Shown one piece after another: positions 47,038 through 56,730 of a stretch of 64,000 nucleotides of DNA; positions within the stretch are counted from its first letter, which is position 1; each line of letters opens with the position of its first letter. The stretch lies in assembly GCA_036300185.1 (NCBI GenBank), contig JAXJGY010000051.1, positions 44,693-108,692 on the forward strand, in the 5' to 3' direction. The notes under the pieces were generated by a model that was not told where the DNA came from, searched no databases, and saw nothing but the letters and a program-made list of their open reading frames with translations. The translations under genes were made by a program, and so were the position numbers. The DNA comes from Treponema sp. Lineage in GTDB: Bacteria; Spirochaetota; Spirochaetia; Treponematales; Treponemataceae.

Positions 47038-47772
47038 GTGGCAGAAAAATGTCTTCGTTGTTTTAGACCCCTTTCCACCTGTTATTGCCCCCATATCACG
47101 GCTATAGATACTGGTATCAAGTTTGTTTTTCTCATGCATCCAAAGGAAGCCTATCATCAGCATACGGGAACAGGCCGACTGGCAAGCTTGTCCTTGGTGG
47201 ATTCGGAAATCATTGTTGGAATTGATTTTACTCAAAACAAGCGGTTGAACCAGCTGTTGTCTGATTCAGCTTATTTTCCTGTGGTGTTGTATCCTGACGA
47301 TGATGCCTTTACCGCCCAGTCGCCTCAGTTAAAGGAAGCTTTGGATCCTGTTGCTGGGGGAGAAAAGCGGAAATTGCTGGTAATTGTGGTGGATGCCACT
47401 TGGTTCTTTGCCAAGAAAATGCTTCGGCTTTCTCCCAATGTGCGAGCTTTGCCTAAGCTCTCTTTTCAGCAGCTGTATACCTCGGAGTTTACCTTCAAAA
47501 GGCAGCCAGCAGAAGGCTGCGTTTCCACCATTGAGTCCTGCTATCATCTGATTCGTGAAATGCAAGTTGCCACCCTTGTGTCAGCTCAGATAGATGCAAG
47601 TCCCCTCATGATGGTGTTTCGCCGAATGGTAGATTTTCAGCTAGAGGCAGAGCAAAATCGTATTGCCTTGGGAATTCCAGGCCGTCATTCCTATGATGCA
47701 GAACGAGATGTAAATAGAAAAAAACGGAAACGGCGACAACGGGTGGAAAATCCTACTTCCTCAGAATCTTAA
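47038..47772 (+). CDS. DTW-domain protein (tRNA acp3U aminocarboxypropyltransferase family, TapT/TuaA-like)
   Basis: N-terminal CLRCFRPLSTCYC cluster and VVDATWFFAKKM (DTW motif). Confidence 0.75.
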   Translation: MAEKCLRCFRPLSTCYCPHITAIDTGIKFVFLMHPKEAYHQHTGTGRLASLSLVDSEIIVGIDFTQNKRLNQLLSDSAYFPVVLYPDDDAFTAQSPQLKEALDPVAGGEKRKLLVIVVDATWFFAKKMLRLSPNVRALPKLSFQQLYTSEFTFKRQPAEGCVSTIESCYHLIREMQVATLVSAQIDASPLMMVFRRMVDFQLEAEQNRIALGIPGRHSYDAERDVNRKKRKRRQRVENPTSSES

Positions 47773-47823
47773 CTCCCTCTCAAAAAATCCGATAATCATG
47801 TATAGTCAGGAGAAATATATTCA

Positions 47824-50800
47824 ATGAAAAAATCTGAAAAGATAAGTGCTCTTTCTGGGATTAGTCTGCTGATCATTGCAGCTTTGTTTCTTGTTGCCCT
47901 ACTGCTTCAGTTGATTCCCTTTGGAAATAAGGCATCTGCTCCCTTCCTTAGCGGTTTGGGAGGACTTTTATATGGCGCCTATGGGTATTCTAGCCTTTTA
48001 ATTCCTGCTTTTTTCTTTGCAGCTGGTTTAGGATGTTTTCTTTTTCCTTGGAACGAAAGAATTGGTGTATTGTATGCCTCCTCTTGTATTCCCTTTTTTA
48101 CCGTTGTTATTTGTGAAAAAGTTTGTGCTGAAATGTTAGCCCTCGGAAATAGCCCTTTGGTGGGTATTCAGGTATCTGTTGCAATAATCGTTTGTATTCT
48201 AGTGCTGGGGATTGAATATTTTGCCGCTTCCTATGTAGGTGGATATATTCTGAATAAATTACGAGCAGGAACACCAAAACCTGCTGCTCCAAAAACAGAA
48301 GCCTATCCACCAATTTTCCCTGAAGGAATCATTCAAGAAGATATCGTAGATTTTGCTGAAGATGATGCGCTTGCTATTGAGTCTGAAACTGCCACGGATG
48401 ATGCTTCAGTGGAGGGTGTTGCCCTTGAAGCACTAGATAACGGTGAAGAGGTTGCCTTTGAGGAAAGAGAATTTAATGCCGAGGAGCAGTTTCATTCAGA
48501 GGCTAACTTTCTTCTAAAAGAAGAGCTACCAGAAGAAAATAAATTTCTAGAGGAAACTAAAATTCCAGTGGAAAATGATTTTCCTCTAGAGGATGAAGTG
48601 TTGGAGGAAGAATATTTTCCTGTTGAAGCAACTTTAGATTCTGAATTAGAAGAAGCCTTGGCAATCGAAAAGGTTTATGTTCAGGATGAGGAGCCCATTC
48701 GTAAGCCCTTATCCAGTCCAATACAATTAGAAGCTCAGCAGGATGAGCCTGAATTGAATCAAACTTTTCAGAATCAGGTTGAGTTAGAGGAGCTGGAGCA
48801 AATATCTTCTACCGAATCAGCAAATGAAGCAGACCTTACGGCAGAATGTCAGGAAGAAGTGGTAGAAGATGTGTTTGGAGCGGATTTTTTTGCCACAGCA
48901 CCCGTTCCCGAAGAAGATGTATTTTCTAAGGAATACATTGAAGAATTTCAGCTACAAAAAAAAGCCAGTCAAAAGGAAAATCTGGAAGCTGTAGCCTATG
49001 AGGTCCCTGCCCAAGTGCCAGAAAAGGACGAGCTTCAGGCTCAAGAAGAGGCTGAAGAAGCTGTTTCTGAGGAAGAAGGTGTTGCTTCTGTACATTTTCA
49101 GCCCATTCCCCAATATTCCTTGGATCCTACACCTGTTGCCATTGAAAGGAATTTGGAGTTTGATTCCCCTGAGCTAGAAAATCCTGGGGAAGCAGCATTT
49201 TTTGAGGATCCCTTTGGAGACAATTCTGGTACTATGGATAACTCTGTTGTTACTCAAGCTTCCCATTTGGAAGATGAGTCATTGCAACTGTCGGAATCAA
49301 TCTATGAAGATGATTTTATCGTGAATGAGGAGCATCATGTTTTAGATGATTCCATTGTTCGACAGTCTCTTGAAGCAAAAGAGTCTTCTGAGGATGATTT
49401 CTGTGAAAGTCCTTCCCCTGAGAGCGATGATTTTGATATTCAGCTTGAAGAACAGGAGGATGATTCTAAGGAAGAGCTCCTTGTTGAAGCAGATTTTGGA
49501 GAGGAAGACTTAGACGATGGTGAAGACCAAGTAGCTTCTGTGGAAGAGGAAGCCATAGATGATGATGAAGATCAAGAAGTTTCCATGGAAGATGTAGATG
49601 TTCTTGATGATGAAGCTGAAGAAACAGAGCCTTTCGTAGAGGCTGTCCAGATTCAGCAGCCAGTGGTGGAGCGTGCCGTGCCTCATCCTGTGCGGGGCCC
49701 CTACAATGTGCCTGCTAATGAGCTTTTGACCTCCTATCCTGATGGTGAATATTGGATTATCGATGAAGAAACAGTGGCGGCCTCTCATCAGTTAAAAGCA
49801 ACCCTCAGTGAATTTAAGATTGAGGCTGAGGTAACTGGTATCCGCAAGGGACCAGTAATTACCATGTTTGAGATTTTGCCTGCTCCCGGTGTAAAACTCA
49901 GTAAGATTGTGGCTCTGCAGGATAACATTGCCCTGCGTCTTGCTGCATCCAGTGTTCGTATTGTGGCTCCCATTCCCGGTAAGCATGCAGTGGGAATCGA
50001 AGTGCCCAACAAGGAGCGGGCCATCGTAAGCTTTAAGGAATTGATTGATACCGAGCATCCAGCCTTCCGCAAGCAGGCCGTCCCTGTGGTTCTTGGAAAG
50101 GATATTACTGGTGAGGTCCAGGTTATTGACTTGGCCAAGACACCTCACCTGCTGATTGCTGGTTCCACTGGTTCTGGAAAATCTGTTTGTGTTAACTCCT
50201 TAATTCTTTCAATCTTGTTCAAGCGTTCTCCCCAGGAAGTTCGCATGATTTTGATTGACCCAAAAATCGTTGAGCTTAAGCTGTATAACGATATTCCTCA
50301 TCTGCTGACTCCAGTTATCACTGAGCCCAAGAAGGCTTTTCAGGCTCTGCAATATTGCTTGTGCGAGATGGAGCGGCGGTATGCCCTGCTGGATGGCATG
50401 GGTGTGCGAGAAATCACCAGTTATAACAAGCGGATTGTGGAGCGGAACATCGCCACAGAAAAGCTTCCCTACATTGTGGTAATTATCGATGAGTTTGCAG
50501 ACTTAATGGCCACTACTGGCAAGGAATTGGAGTCCACTGTGGCTCGTCTTGCTGCCATGAGTCGTGCCGTGGGAATCCATCTGGTGTTGGCAACCCAGCG
50601 TCCTTCCATCGATGTAATCACTGGTCTTATTAAAGCAAATATTCCTTCTCGAATTGCCTTTATGGTGGCCTCCAAAATGGATAGCCGTATCATCATTGAT
50701 CAGGTTGGTGCAGAAAAACTTTTGGGCAAGGGTGATATGCTCTATGCCTCTGCCTCAGATCCCTTCCCAGTGCGTATTCAAGGAACCTTTGTGTCTGACA

Positions 50801-51108
50801 ACGAGGTAGAAAATGTAGTGGAATTCGTAAAGCAATACGGTGAGCCCGATTATATCGACGATGAGATTTTCGTTGATGACGAGGAGCCCGAAATTGGCCC
50901 CAGCTTGTTTGGGGAGGGAGACGATCCTCTCTATGATCAAGCTGTGGAAATCGTTATGCAGGCGGGAAAGGCTTCTGCGTCTTACATTCAGCGGCGGCTC
51001 AAAATTGGTTACAACCGTGCAGCTCGCTTGGTAGAAGAAATGGAAGAAAAGGGCCTTGTTGGACCAGCCAATGGTTCCAAGCCTCGTGAAATCATCCATA
51101 TGCCCTAA
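47824..51108 (+). CDS. ftsK: DNA translocase FtsK with a ~480-aa hyper-acidic linker
   Basis: N-terminal TM helices; motor domain with Walker A GSTGSGKS and Walker B VVIIDEFADL; C-terminal gamma winged helix SASYIQRRLKIGYNRAARLVEEME. Confidence 0.93.
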   Translation: MKKSEKISALSGISLLIIAALFLVALLLQLIPFGNKASAPFLSGLGGLLYGAYGYSSLLIPAFFFAAGLGCFLFPWNERIGVLYASSCIPFFTVVICEKVCAEMLALGNSPLVGIQVSVAIIVCILVLGIEYFAASYVGGYILNKLRAGTPKPAAPKTEAYPPIFPEGIIQEDIVDFAEDDALAIESETATDDASVEGVALEALDNGEEVAFEEREFNAEEQFHSEANFLLKEELPEENKFLEETKIPVENDFPLEDEVLEEEYFPVEATLDSELEEALAIEKVYVQDEEPIRKPLSSPIQLEAQQDEPELNQTFQNQVELEELEQISSTESANEADLTAECQEEVVEDVFGADFFATAPVPEEDVFSKEYIEEFQLQKKASQKENLEAVAYEVPAQVPEKDELQAQEEAEEAVSEEEGVASVHFQPIPQYSLDPTPVAIERNLEFDSPELENPGEAAFFEDPFGDNSGTMDNSVVTQASHLEDESLQLSESIYEDDFIVNEEHHVLDDSIVRQSLEAKESSEDDFCESPSPESDDFDIQLEEQEDDSKEELLVEADFGEEDLDDGEDQVASVEEEAIDDDEDQEVSMEDVDVLDDEAEETEPFVEAVQIQQPVVERAVPHPVRGPYNVPANELLTSYPDGEYWIIDEETVAASHQLKATLSEFKIEAEVTGIRKGPVITMFEILPAPGVKLSKIVALQDNIALRLAASSVRIVAPIPGKHAVGIEVPNKERAIVSFKELIDTEHPAFRKQAVPVVLGKDITGEVQVIDLAKTPHLLIAGSTGSGKSVCVNSLILSILFKRSPQEVRMILIDPKIVELKLYNDIPHLLTPVITEPKKAFQALQYCLCEMERRYALLDGMGVREITSYNKRIVERNIATEKLPYIVVIIDEFADLMATTGKELESTVARLAAMSRAVGIHLVLATQRPSIDVITGLIKANIPSRIAFMVASKMDSRIIIDQVGAEKLLGKGDMLYASASDPFPVRIQGTFVSDNEVENVVEFVKQYGEPDYIDDEIFVDDEEPEIGPSLFGEGDDPLYDQAVEIVMQAGKASASYIQRRLKIGYNRAARLVEEMEEKGLVGPANGSKPREIIHMP

Positions 51109-51125
51109 GAAATCTGCGTAGCTAC

Positions 51126-51186
51126 AAAAAAAGCCTCCAACCAGAAGCTTCCATTTTTGAAAGGTTCTGGAGGGAGGCTTTTTTAT
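51126..51186. terminator. Bidirectional terminator between convergent ftsK and the symporter gene
   Basis: AAAAAAA-GCCTCCAACCAGAA...TTCTGGAGGGAGGC-TTTTTTATT. Confidence 0.8.
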
Positions 51187-51197
51187 TGCTTTGTTTC

Positions 51198-52427
51198 CTA
51201 GATAAAGTGCTTCATGTCGTAATGATTGATTGACTTTGTTTTGAAGGCTACAAAGTAGGATCCAAACATAGCGGTGGCTGCATCAATAGCGGTAGCAAAG
51301 GCTCCGAGAATGGCTGCAACTGGCTTCAGCAACAGGTAGCCTGCTTCAAAGCCTCGTCCATAGGTGGTACACATAATGGTAAGGGCAATAAAGGTTCCTC
51401 CCACAGGTATACCTCCCAACAGGAATGAAAGGCAAAGGGAGGTGGCTCCAATCCACATAATATCAGCAAAGGAAATGGAAAGGCTTGAGTAAGAGCGAAG
51501 AATTACAATAAAGCAAATTGCTGTTACCAAGGCAGAACCACTGCGAGCAAAAATTGCAAAGACAGGATAGGAGACGGAATTTACCCGTCGCTTGATACCA
51601 AGACTTTCTGATCCATGACGCATAGCTACAGGCAGGGTCAGGTTGGAATCACCAGAAAAGAATGCTACCAAAATGGGAGTAATGCTTGCATACAAAACTC
51701 GAACGGAACGTGTTCCCTGACAGAAAAAGCGAAGGGCAAAGGGGTAAATAACGCAAACGATTAGTACAAATAGTACAAAGAGCATGATGATGAGAGGTAG
51801 GTAGATTCCTGTTTTGAATACCGACAGCGCATCCACCATCCAATAACAAGAAATTGCAATCATGCCTACTGCCAACATGTCAACAAAAAAGCCCATGACA
51901 CTGTAAGAGACACGTGCAAGGGAGTCGAACAGGGAGACAGTGGCCTTTGAGTCACCTAAATCAACGGAACAACCAGCTCCTGCTAAGCCTGCAAAAACAA
52001 ACACTGGCAACAAGTAAACTCCATCCAACAATGACTGGAAGCTGGAGAAGGGAAGGAGCTTTAGAATCAGTTCTTTTATGCTGATAGAAGGAATCTCCGT
52101 TACCTTACCAGTGGGAATTGGAATACGAGGTAGCTGGACAATTAAAATGGAGAGTAAGCCCAAAAGGGTGAGCATAAGAGCAGTTACTACCAAAACAGCT
52201 AAAATCCAGAAGGAAACAGACAATATACGGTTATTAAGCCTTAACTTGTATACAGAAATTGCTATTCCAAAGAACAGTGTGGGCAGCAATGTATATCGTC
52301 CAAATCGAATCGCCAATTCCGTTAGGAAATTCAACACATCGGAGGCTGAACGACTTTCCATTGGAATAATTATTGCCGCCAGAACTCCCAAGGTAATGCC
52401 AATAAGGTACTTGATCCAAAGTTTCAT
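51198..52427 (-). CDS. Dicarboxylate/amino-acid:cation symporter (DAACS) family transporter
   Basis: 409 aa, polytopic. SGDSNLTLPVAM resembles the SSxxTLP motif of the family, with a typical N-terminus. Confidence 0.6.
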   Translation of the reverse strand: MKLWIKYLIGITLGVLAAIIIPMESRSASDVLNFLTELAIRFGRYTLLPTLFFGIAISVYKLRLNNRILSVSFWILAVLVVTALMLTLLGLLSILIVQLPRIPIPTGKVTEIPSISIKELILKLLPFSSFQSLLDGVYLLPVFVFAGLAGAGCSVDLGDSKATVSLFDSLARVSYSVMGFFVDMLAVGMIAISCYWMVDALSVFKTGIYLPLIIMLFVLFVLIVCVIYPFALRFFCQGTRSVRVLYASITPILVAFFSGDSNLTLPVAMRHGSESLGIKRRVNSVSYPVFAIFARSGSALVTAICFIVILRSYSSLSISFADIMWIGATSLCLSFLLGGIPVGGTFIALTIMCTTYGRGFEAGYLLLKPVAAILGAFATAIDAATAMFGSYFVAFKTKSINHYDMKHFI

Positions 52428-52473
52428 AGTGCAAGCATATAGTATGAAACGGCTTTAATCAACATGGTATTTA

Positions 52474-52482
52474 TGGTACACT
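52474..52482 (+). promoter_or_regulatory. Extended -10 TGgTACACT 6 nt upstream of the xth ATG (candidate leaderless promoter)
   Basis: aTGgTACACT-ggcccc-ATG(52489); no SD. Confidence 0.4.
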
Positions 52483-52488
52483 GGCCCC

Positions 52489-53265
52489 ATGAAAAGAATT
52501 ATTTCCTGGAATGTAAACGGTATTCGTGCAGCTGAAAAAAAGGGTTTTATAGATTGGATTGGTGCTTCTGGTGCCGATGTGGTGTGTATTCAAGAAACAA
52601 AGGCTCGAAAGGAGCAGCTTTCTCCAGAGTTATTGTCTCCCGCTTGGGAGGGTGGTACTTATTTTTCCTATTGGGCCAGTGCCCAGAAGGCTGGTTATTC
52701 TGGTACTGCAATTTATAGCCGAACAGAGCCCGATTCCGTAGAGATTATGAATGTACCAGAATACGACCATGAAGGCCGTGTGTTGGTGGCAAAATTCGGC
52801 AAGCTGGCAGTTATCAGTGCATATTTTCCCAATAGCCAGGATGCCGGTGCTCGGTTGGATTACAAGCTGGGCTTTTGCGGTGCTATGAAGGAATTCTGCG
52901 ACAAGCTAGTGGCAGAGGGCTTTAATCTGGTGTTGTGTGGAGATTATAACATTGCTCACAAGCCCATGGATTTGGCAAATCCCAAGTCCAACGAAAAGAA
53001 TGCAGGTTATTTACCAGAGGAACGGGACTGGATGGAATTCTTTACCACCAACGGCTATTGCGACACCTTCCGCAAATTCTGCCAAGAGCCAGGAATGTAT
53101 ACCTGGTGGAGCTATCGCTTTAAGGCCCGAGAAAAGAATATTGGATGGCGTATTGACTATCAGTGTGTAAATAATTCCTTTGCAGATAAAGTACTGTCTT
53201 CAAAAATCCTTGCTGATGTTTTGGGATCTGATCACTGTCCTGTAGTGGTGGAAGTTGAGGACTAG
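52489..53265 (+). CDS. xth: Exodeoxyribonuclease III
   Basis: MKRIISWNVNGIRAA...VVCIQETK...GDYNIAH...WRIDY...GSDHCPV. Confidence 0.93.
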   Translation: MKRIISWNVNGIRAAEKKGFIDWIGASGADVVCIQETKARKEQLSPELLSPAWEGGTYFSYWASAQKAGYSGTAIYSRTEPDSVEIMNVPEYDHEGRVLVAKFGKLAVISAYFPNSQDAGARLDYKLGFCGAMKEFCDKLVAEGFNLVLCGDYNIAHKPMDLANPKSNEKNAGYLPEERDWMEFFTTNGYCDTFRKFCQEPGMYTWWSYRFKAREKNIGWRIDYQCVNNSFADKVLSSKILADVLGSDHCPVVVEVED

Positions 53266-53268
53266 TTC

Positions 53269-54102
53269 ATGGCAAAAAAAAAGAAGGCAAAGCTCAAGAT
53301 TGTCTATAATGCTCCAGTTACCCTGACTTTTTCTCTTGCTACAGTGATTTTGCTAGTGTTGAATCAGTTTGCTCTTAATGGACTGATTGATACCTTCTTT
53401 ACGGTATCAGGGAAAATTGGTTCAGAAATGGCCTTTAACTGGAGTAATCCCTTGGATTACATCCGTCTTTTTACCCACGTGCTGGGTCATGGGGACTGGA
53501 GTCATCTGCTTAGCAATCTGTCCTTTATTCTACTTTTAGGGCCTTTGCTGGAGGAACGGTATGGTTCTCCCATGCTGGTGCTGATGTTGAGCATTACTGC
53601 CTTGGTAACTGGTGTGGTAAACGTGTGCTTTTTTTCTCGCCCCATGGTGGGAGCCAGCGGCATTGCCTTTATGATGATTTTGCTATCATCCTTTACTGCC
53701 ATTAGCAAGCATCAGATTCCTTTAACCTTTCTTTTGGTTTTTGTTTTGTATGTGGGGCGAGAATTAGCTTCTAGCTTTGTGGATGAAAATGTATCCTACG
53801 TGGCTCATATTGCTGGAGGCTTGTGCGGAAGTCTTTTTGGTTTTCTTACTGCCCATTCTCCTAAAAACAGCAGAAAAAGTGCTACTTCCAAGGAACAGGC
53901 TTCCCAGGAACAGCCTTCCCAGGAGAAAGCTTCTCCAGCAAAACCTGCTCAAGCAAAAGCTGCCCCAGAGCAGGGTGCTGTAAAAAAGGCTGCTGTTACA
54001 AAATCTTCTCCCAAGAAGCCTTCTAAAAAAGCTTCCAATGATGAAGCCTTTGATATTTATGAACAGGAAGCTACCATTCTTTTTGGAGAGGATGATTTTT
54101 AA
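53269..54102 (+). CDS. Rhomboid-family intramembrane serine protease with a Lys/Ala/Pro/Gln-rich C-terminal tail
   Basis: HGDWSHLLSNL, catalytic GASGIAF and HIAGGLCG. Confidence 0.8.
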   Translation: MAKKKKAKLKIVYNAPVTLTFSLATVILLVLNQFALNGLIDTFFTVSGKIGSEMAFNWSNPLDYIRLFTHVLGHGDWSHLLSNLSFILLLGPLLEERYGSPMLVLMLSITALVTGVVNVCFFSRPMVGASGIAFMMILLSSFTAISKHQIPLTFLLVFVLYVGRELASSFVDENVSYVAHIAGGLCGSLFGFLTAHSPKNSRKSATSKEQASQEQPSQEKASPAKPAQAKAAPEQGAVKKAAVTKSSPKKPSKKASNDEAFDIYEQEATILFGEDDF

Positions 54103-54121
54103 AGAAAATATTGCTGTCTTT

Positions 54122-55489
54122 CTAGCGAATTTTTTCTAGGCTATCAGTAGTAAGAATTGTTTTGATGTTTACCAAAAACAAGATGGTGGCAACGGTGGCA
54201 GAGGTAATATCGGAAATAGGCTCTGAAAGATAGATGCCCCAGGGGCCAAGGAATTTTGGGAGAATGATAGCGAGGGGAATCAAAAGAATGATTTTTCGTA
54301 AAACCGCTATAAAAAGAGAAATCTTTGCCTGTCCCAGGGCCATGAAGGTGGGCTGAATTCCCATTTGCAGGCCAAATACTAGCATTCCTGTCATAAACAA
54401 TGGCAGATTTTCACCACATAATTCAATTAATTCTGCTGAATTAGTAAAAAGCCCTGCAAAAAACCGTGGAAACAGCATAAAGGAAGCTGCAACAATTACG
54501 GAAAAGGCAACACAGAGAGAAATCATGGCCCGATAGGTTTTTCTAACCCGCTGAAAATTTCCTGCTCCATAGTTGTAGCTAATAATGGGTTGTACTCCCT
54601 GTGTAAATCCTCCTAGGGGAGCTGCAAAAAATTGAAGTAAACTAATCATTATTGTGATAGAGCCTACATACAGGTCTCCACCGTAGTGCTGCATTCCGCT
54701 GTTTAGGGCGATTCCCACCATGCTTTCCGTGGAACGCATCATAAAGGGGGAAACTCCCAGGGCGGCAATACTTTTAATAACCTGCCAATCTGGTGGTAAA
54801 TGGCGTAATCGAATTTTCAGGAGGGCTTTTTTTCCCGTCAGAAACTTGAGAATCCACAGGGCACTGGCCAGCTGGGACAGCACCGTTGCCCATGCAGCTC
54901 CAGCTACTCCCATGTTTAATACAAAGATAAAGATTGGATCTAGGATAATATTCAGCAGGGCACCGATTATGACGGAAATCATACCGATTTTTGCCGCCCC
55001 CTGATTGATGATGTAAGGGTTCAGTCCCAAAGAAAGCTGTACAAATAATGTTCCTATCAAATAGATGGAAATATAGGTTTTTCCGTAGGAAATGGTGGTA
55101 TGACTGGCTCCGAAAAGAAAGAGCAGTGGTTCCATTAGGAGGTATAAAATCACCATCAAGAACAGGCTAAAACAGAGAAGCATGGAAACTCCATTGCCTA
55201 AAATCTGCTCTGCCCGCTCCTTGTCTCCCTTTCCCAGCCAAATAGCAGAAAGTGGTGCTCCACCTGCTCCCACAAAGGCAGAAAAGGCAGCCACAAAGAT
55301 AATGATGGGAAAGGTAACGCCTACACCGGTTAGGGCGTGGGCAGAAGCATTGGGAATATGTCCAATGTAGATGCGATCCACCACGTTGTACAAAATATTG
55401 ATAAGCTGGGCAATTACCGAGGGAATTGCCATCTTTACCATAAGCTTGCCAATAGGCTTGCTTCCCAGTTCATCATCTTTGAGTGTCAT
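54122..55489 (-). CDS. MATE-family efflux transporter
   Basis: 455 aa, 12 TM helices, N-terminal MVKMAIPSVIAQLINILYNVVDRIYIGH. Confidence 0.88.
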   Translation of the reverse strand: MTLKDDELGSKPIGKLMVKMAIPSVIAQLINILYNVVDRIYIGHIPNASAHALTGVGVTFPIIIFVAAFSAFVGAGGAPLSAIWLGKGDKERAEQILGNGVSMLLCFSLFLMVILYLLMEPLLFLFGASHTTISYGKTYISIYLIGTLFVQLSLGLNPYIINQGAAKIGMISVIIGALLNIILDPIFIFVLNMGVAGAAWATVLSQLASALWILKFLTGKKALLKIRLRHLPPDWQVIKSIAALGVSPFMMRSTESMVGIALNSGMQHYGGDLYVGSITIMISLLQFFAAPLGGFTQGVQPIISYNYGAGNFQRVRKTYRAMISLCVAFSVIVAASFMLFPRFFAGLFTNSAELIELCGENLPLFMTGMLVFGLQMGIQPTFMALGQAKISLFIAVLRKIILLIPLAIILPKFLGPWGIYLSEPISDITSATVATILFLVNIKTILTTDSLEKIR

Positions 55490-55495
55490 ATATCA

Positions 55496-55504
55496 AATAT
55501 ACCA
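55496..55504 (-). promoter_or_regulatory. Extended -10 TGgTATATT 6 nt upstream of the MATE ATG (candidate leaderless promoter)
   Basis: Minus strand reads cTGgTATATT-tgatat-ATG; no SD. Confidence 0.4.
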
Positions 55505-55521
55505 GTTTTATGCTGTAACTA

Positions 55522-56274
55522 CTACTGGGGATTTTTCTGATTTAAGTAATCCTGCCCCACCTGCTCCTGTTCCCAGCTACAGACAATCTTGTAGCCCAGA
55601 CCAGAAAAAAGTACCTCGCACAGCAATTCCCACACCGCTTGAATCAGGGCACAGACAATAACTTGAGTCCAAGTCCAGCCAAAGAAGATTTTTGACACGG
55701 TGGTGGTGAAAATCAGGTTGTCCACCAGCTGGGCTAGGGCAGTGGAAACGTATGAACGCAGGGCAAAGGCCTTAAAGCCTGCCAGTTTTGTGGTGGCTCC
55801 AATCCAGCTGTTGAGGCCAGCGTTCACCAAAGAAGAAATGAGAAAGGCCAGAGAAGATCCTAGTACTACGTACCAGGATCCACCAAAGGTGGCATTCAAG
55901 GCAATATTCACTTCTTCCAAGCCGCTGTCGTAAAAGGAACCCCACATACCAGGGGCCAATGACAGCAGGGCAAAGGAAAGGCATACTCCCAGATTGATGA
56001 CCAAAGCTAGCACTGAAACCTTCAGCGAAGCCTTGCCGCCCCATCGCTTGCAGATTACATCCATGCACAGGAACATAATCCAGCTAAAAACGGTGCCGCA
56101 GTCCAAAGCCACATACTTGTAGTTGATTAATTCCTTGTTTGCCATGAGGTTGGCGCAAACAACGGAAAGAACAAAGAGGGTGATGGTCAGGGAAGGAATG
56201 CTTCGCATCAAAAGCTTAAAGTCATCATATTCCCGTCTCATCCACATACAGGGATTTGAAAGAAATTTTTTCAT
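55522..56274 (-). CDS. yhhQ: Queuosine-precursor transporter (YhhQ/DUF165, VUT family)
   Basis: 250 aa, polytopic. ...ALDCGTVFSWIMFLCMDVICKRWGGKAS... and ...ALAQLVDNLIFT... are typical of YhhQ. Confidence 0.75.
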   Translation of the reverse strand: MKKFLSNPCMWMRREYDDFKLLMRSIPSLTITLFVLSVVCANLMANKELINYKYVALDCGTVFSWIMFLCMDVICKRWGGKASLKVSVLALVINLGVCLSFALLSLAPGMWGSFYDSGLEEVNIALNATFGGSWYVVLGSSLAFLISSLVNAGLNSWIGATTKLAGFKAFALRSYVSTALAQLVDNLIFTTTVSKIFFGWTWTQVIVCALIQAVWELLCEVLFSGLGYKIVCSWEQEQVGQDYLNQKNPQ

Positions 56275-56345
56275 AGCTCCTCCTTAAGGATTTTAATTTC
56301 TTATGCGCAGGAGTTTTTGAGGAATCATAAACTGCGCAGCATGGA

Positions 56346-56373
56346 GAATATAGGCTTGGGAGAAATCTGTCAA
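56346..56373 (-). promoter_or_regulatory. Possible sigma-70 promoter of yhhQ
   Basis: Minus strand reads TTGACA-N15/16-TATATT(C). The spacing is short, hence low confidence. Confidence 0.3.
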
Positions 56374-56441
56374 GTTCCTCTACCATAAACTATTTTTCAG
56401 ATTCTTAGACAAACTTCTTGTCCGCTCCAGTGAAGTTTTTC

Positions 56442-56470
56442 TTGACTTATTCGATAATAATTTATAGAAT
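56442..56470 (+). promoter_or_regulatory. Sigma-70 promoter of the hydrogenase cluster
   Basis: TTGACT-N17-TAGAAT, ~18 nt upstream of the ATG at 56489, with AAGGA as SD. Confidence 0.45.
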
Positions 56471-56488
56471 ATTCAAAAGGATTTTAGT

Positions 56489-56728
56489 ATGATTACGGTT
56501 ACAATTTGTATGGGAAGCTCTTGCTTCAGTCGTGGTAATGCAGGAACAGCGGAGGCCATACAGCGGTATGTTGCTGAAAATGGTCTACAGGATAAGGTTG
56601 CCGTTCGTGGTTGTCTCTGTGAAGGTGAATGTAAGAATGGTCCTAATATCCGTGTTGACGACACCTTGTATGAAAATGTATCTCCCGATATGGCAGTAGA
56701 CATTATCAGTCGTCAGTTGGAGGATTGA
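56489..56728 (+). CDS. Thioredoxin-like [2Fe-2S] mini-ferredoxin (NuoE/HydC-C-terminal-like), 79 aa
   Basis: Cys pattern CMGSSC...CLCEGEC with GPNIRVDD. Confidence 0.7.
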   Translation: MITVTICMGSSCFSRGNAGTAEAIQRYVAENGLQDKVAVRGCLCEGECKNGPNIRVDDTLYENVSPDMAVDIISRQLED

Positions 56729-56730
56729 AC

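Noticed and set aside
56275-56345. Canonical preQ1-I riboswitch in the yhhQ leader
   Set aside because: The AAAAACU tract lies inside the hairpin loop rather than 3' of a 5-bp P1. No P2 pairing of the consensus type can be drawn. It is kept only as a generic structured-leader finding.
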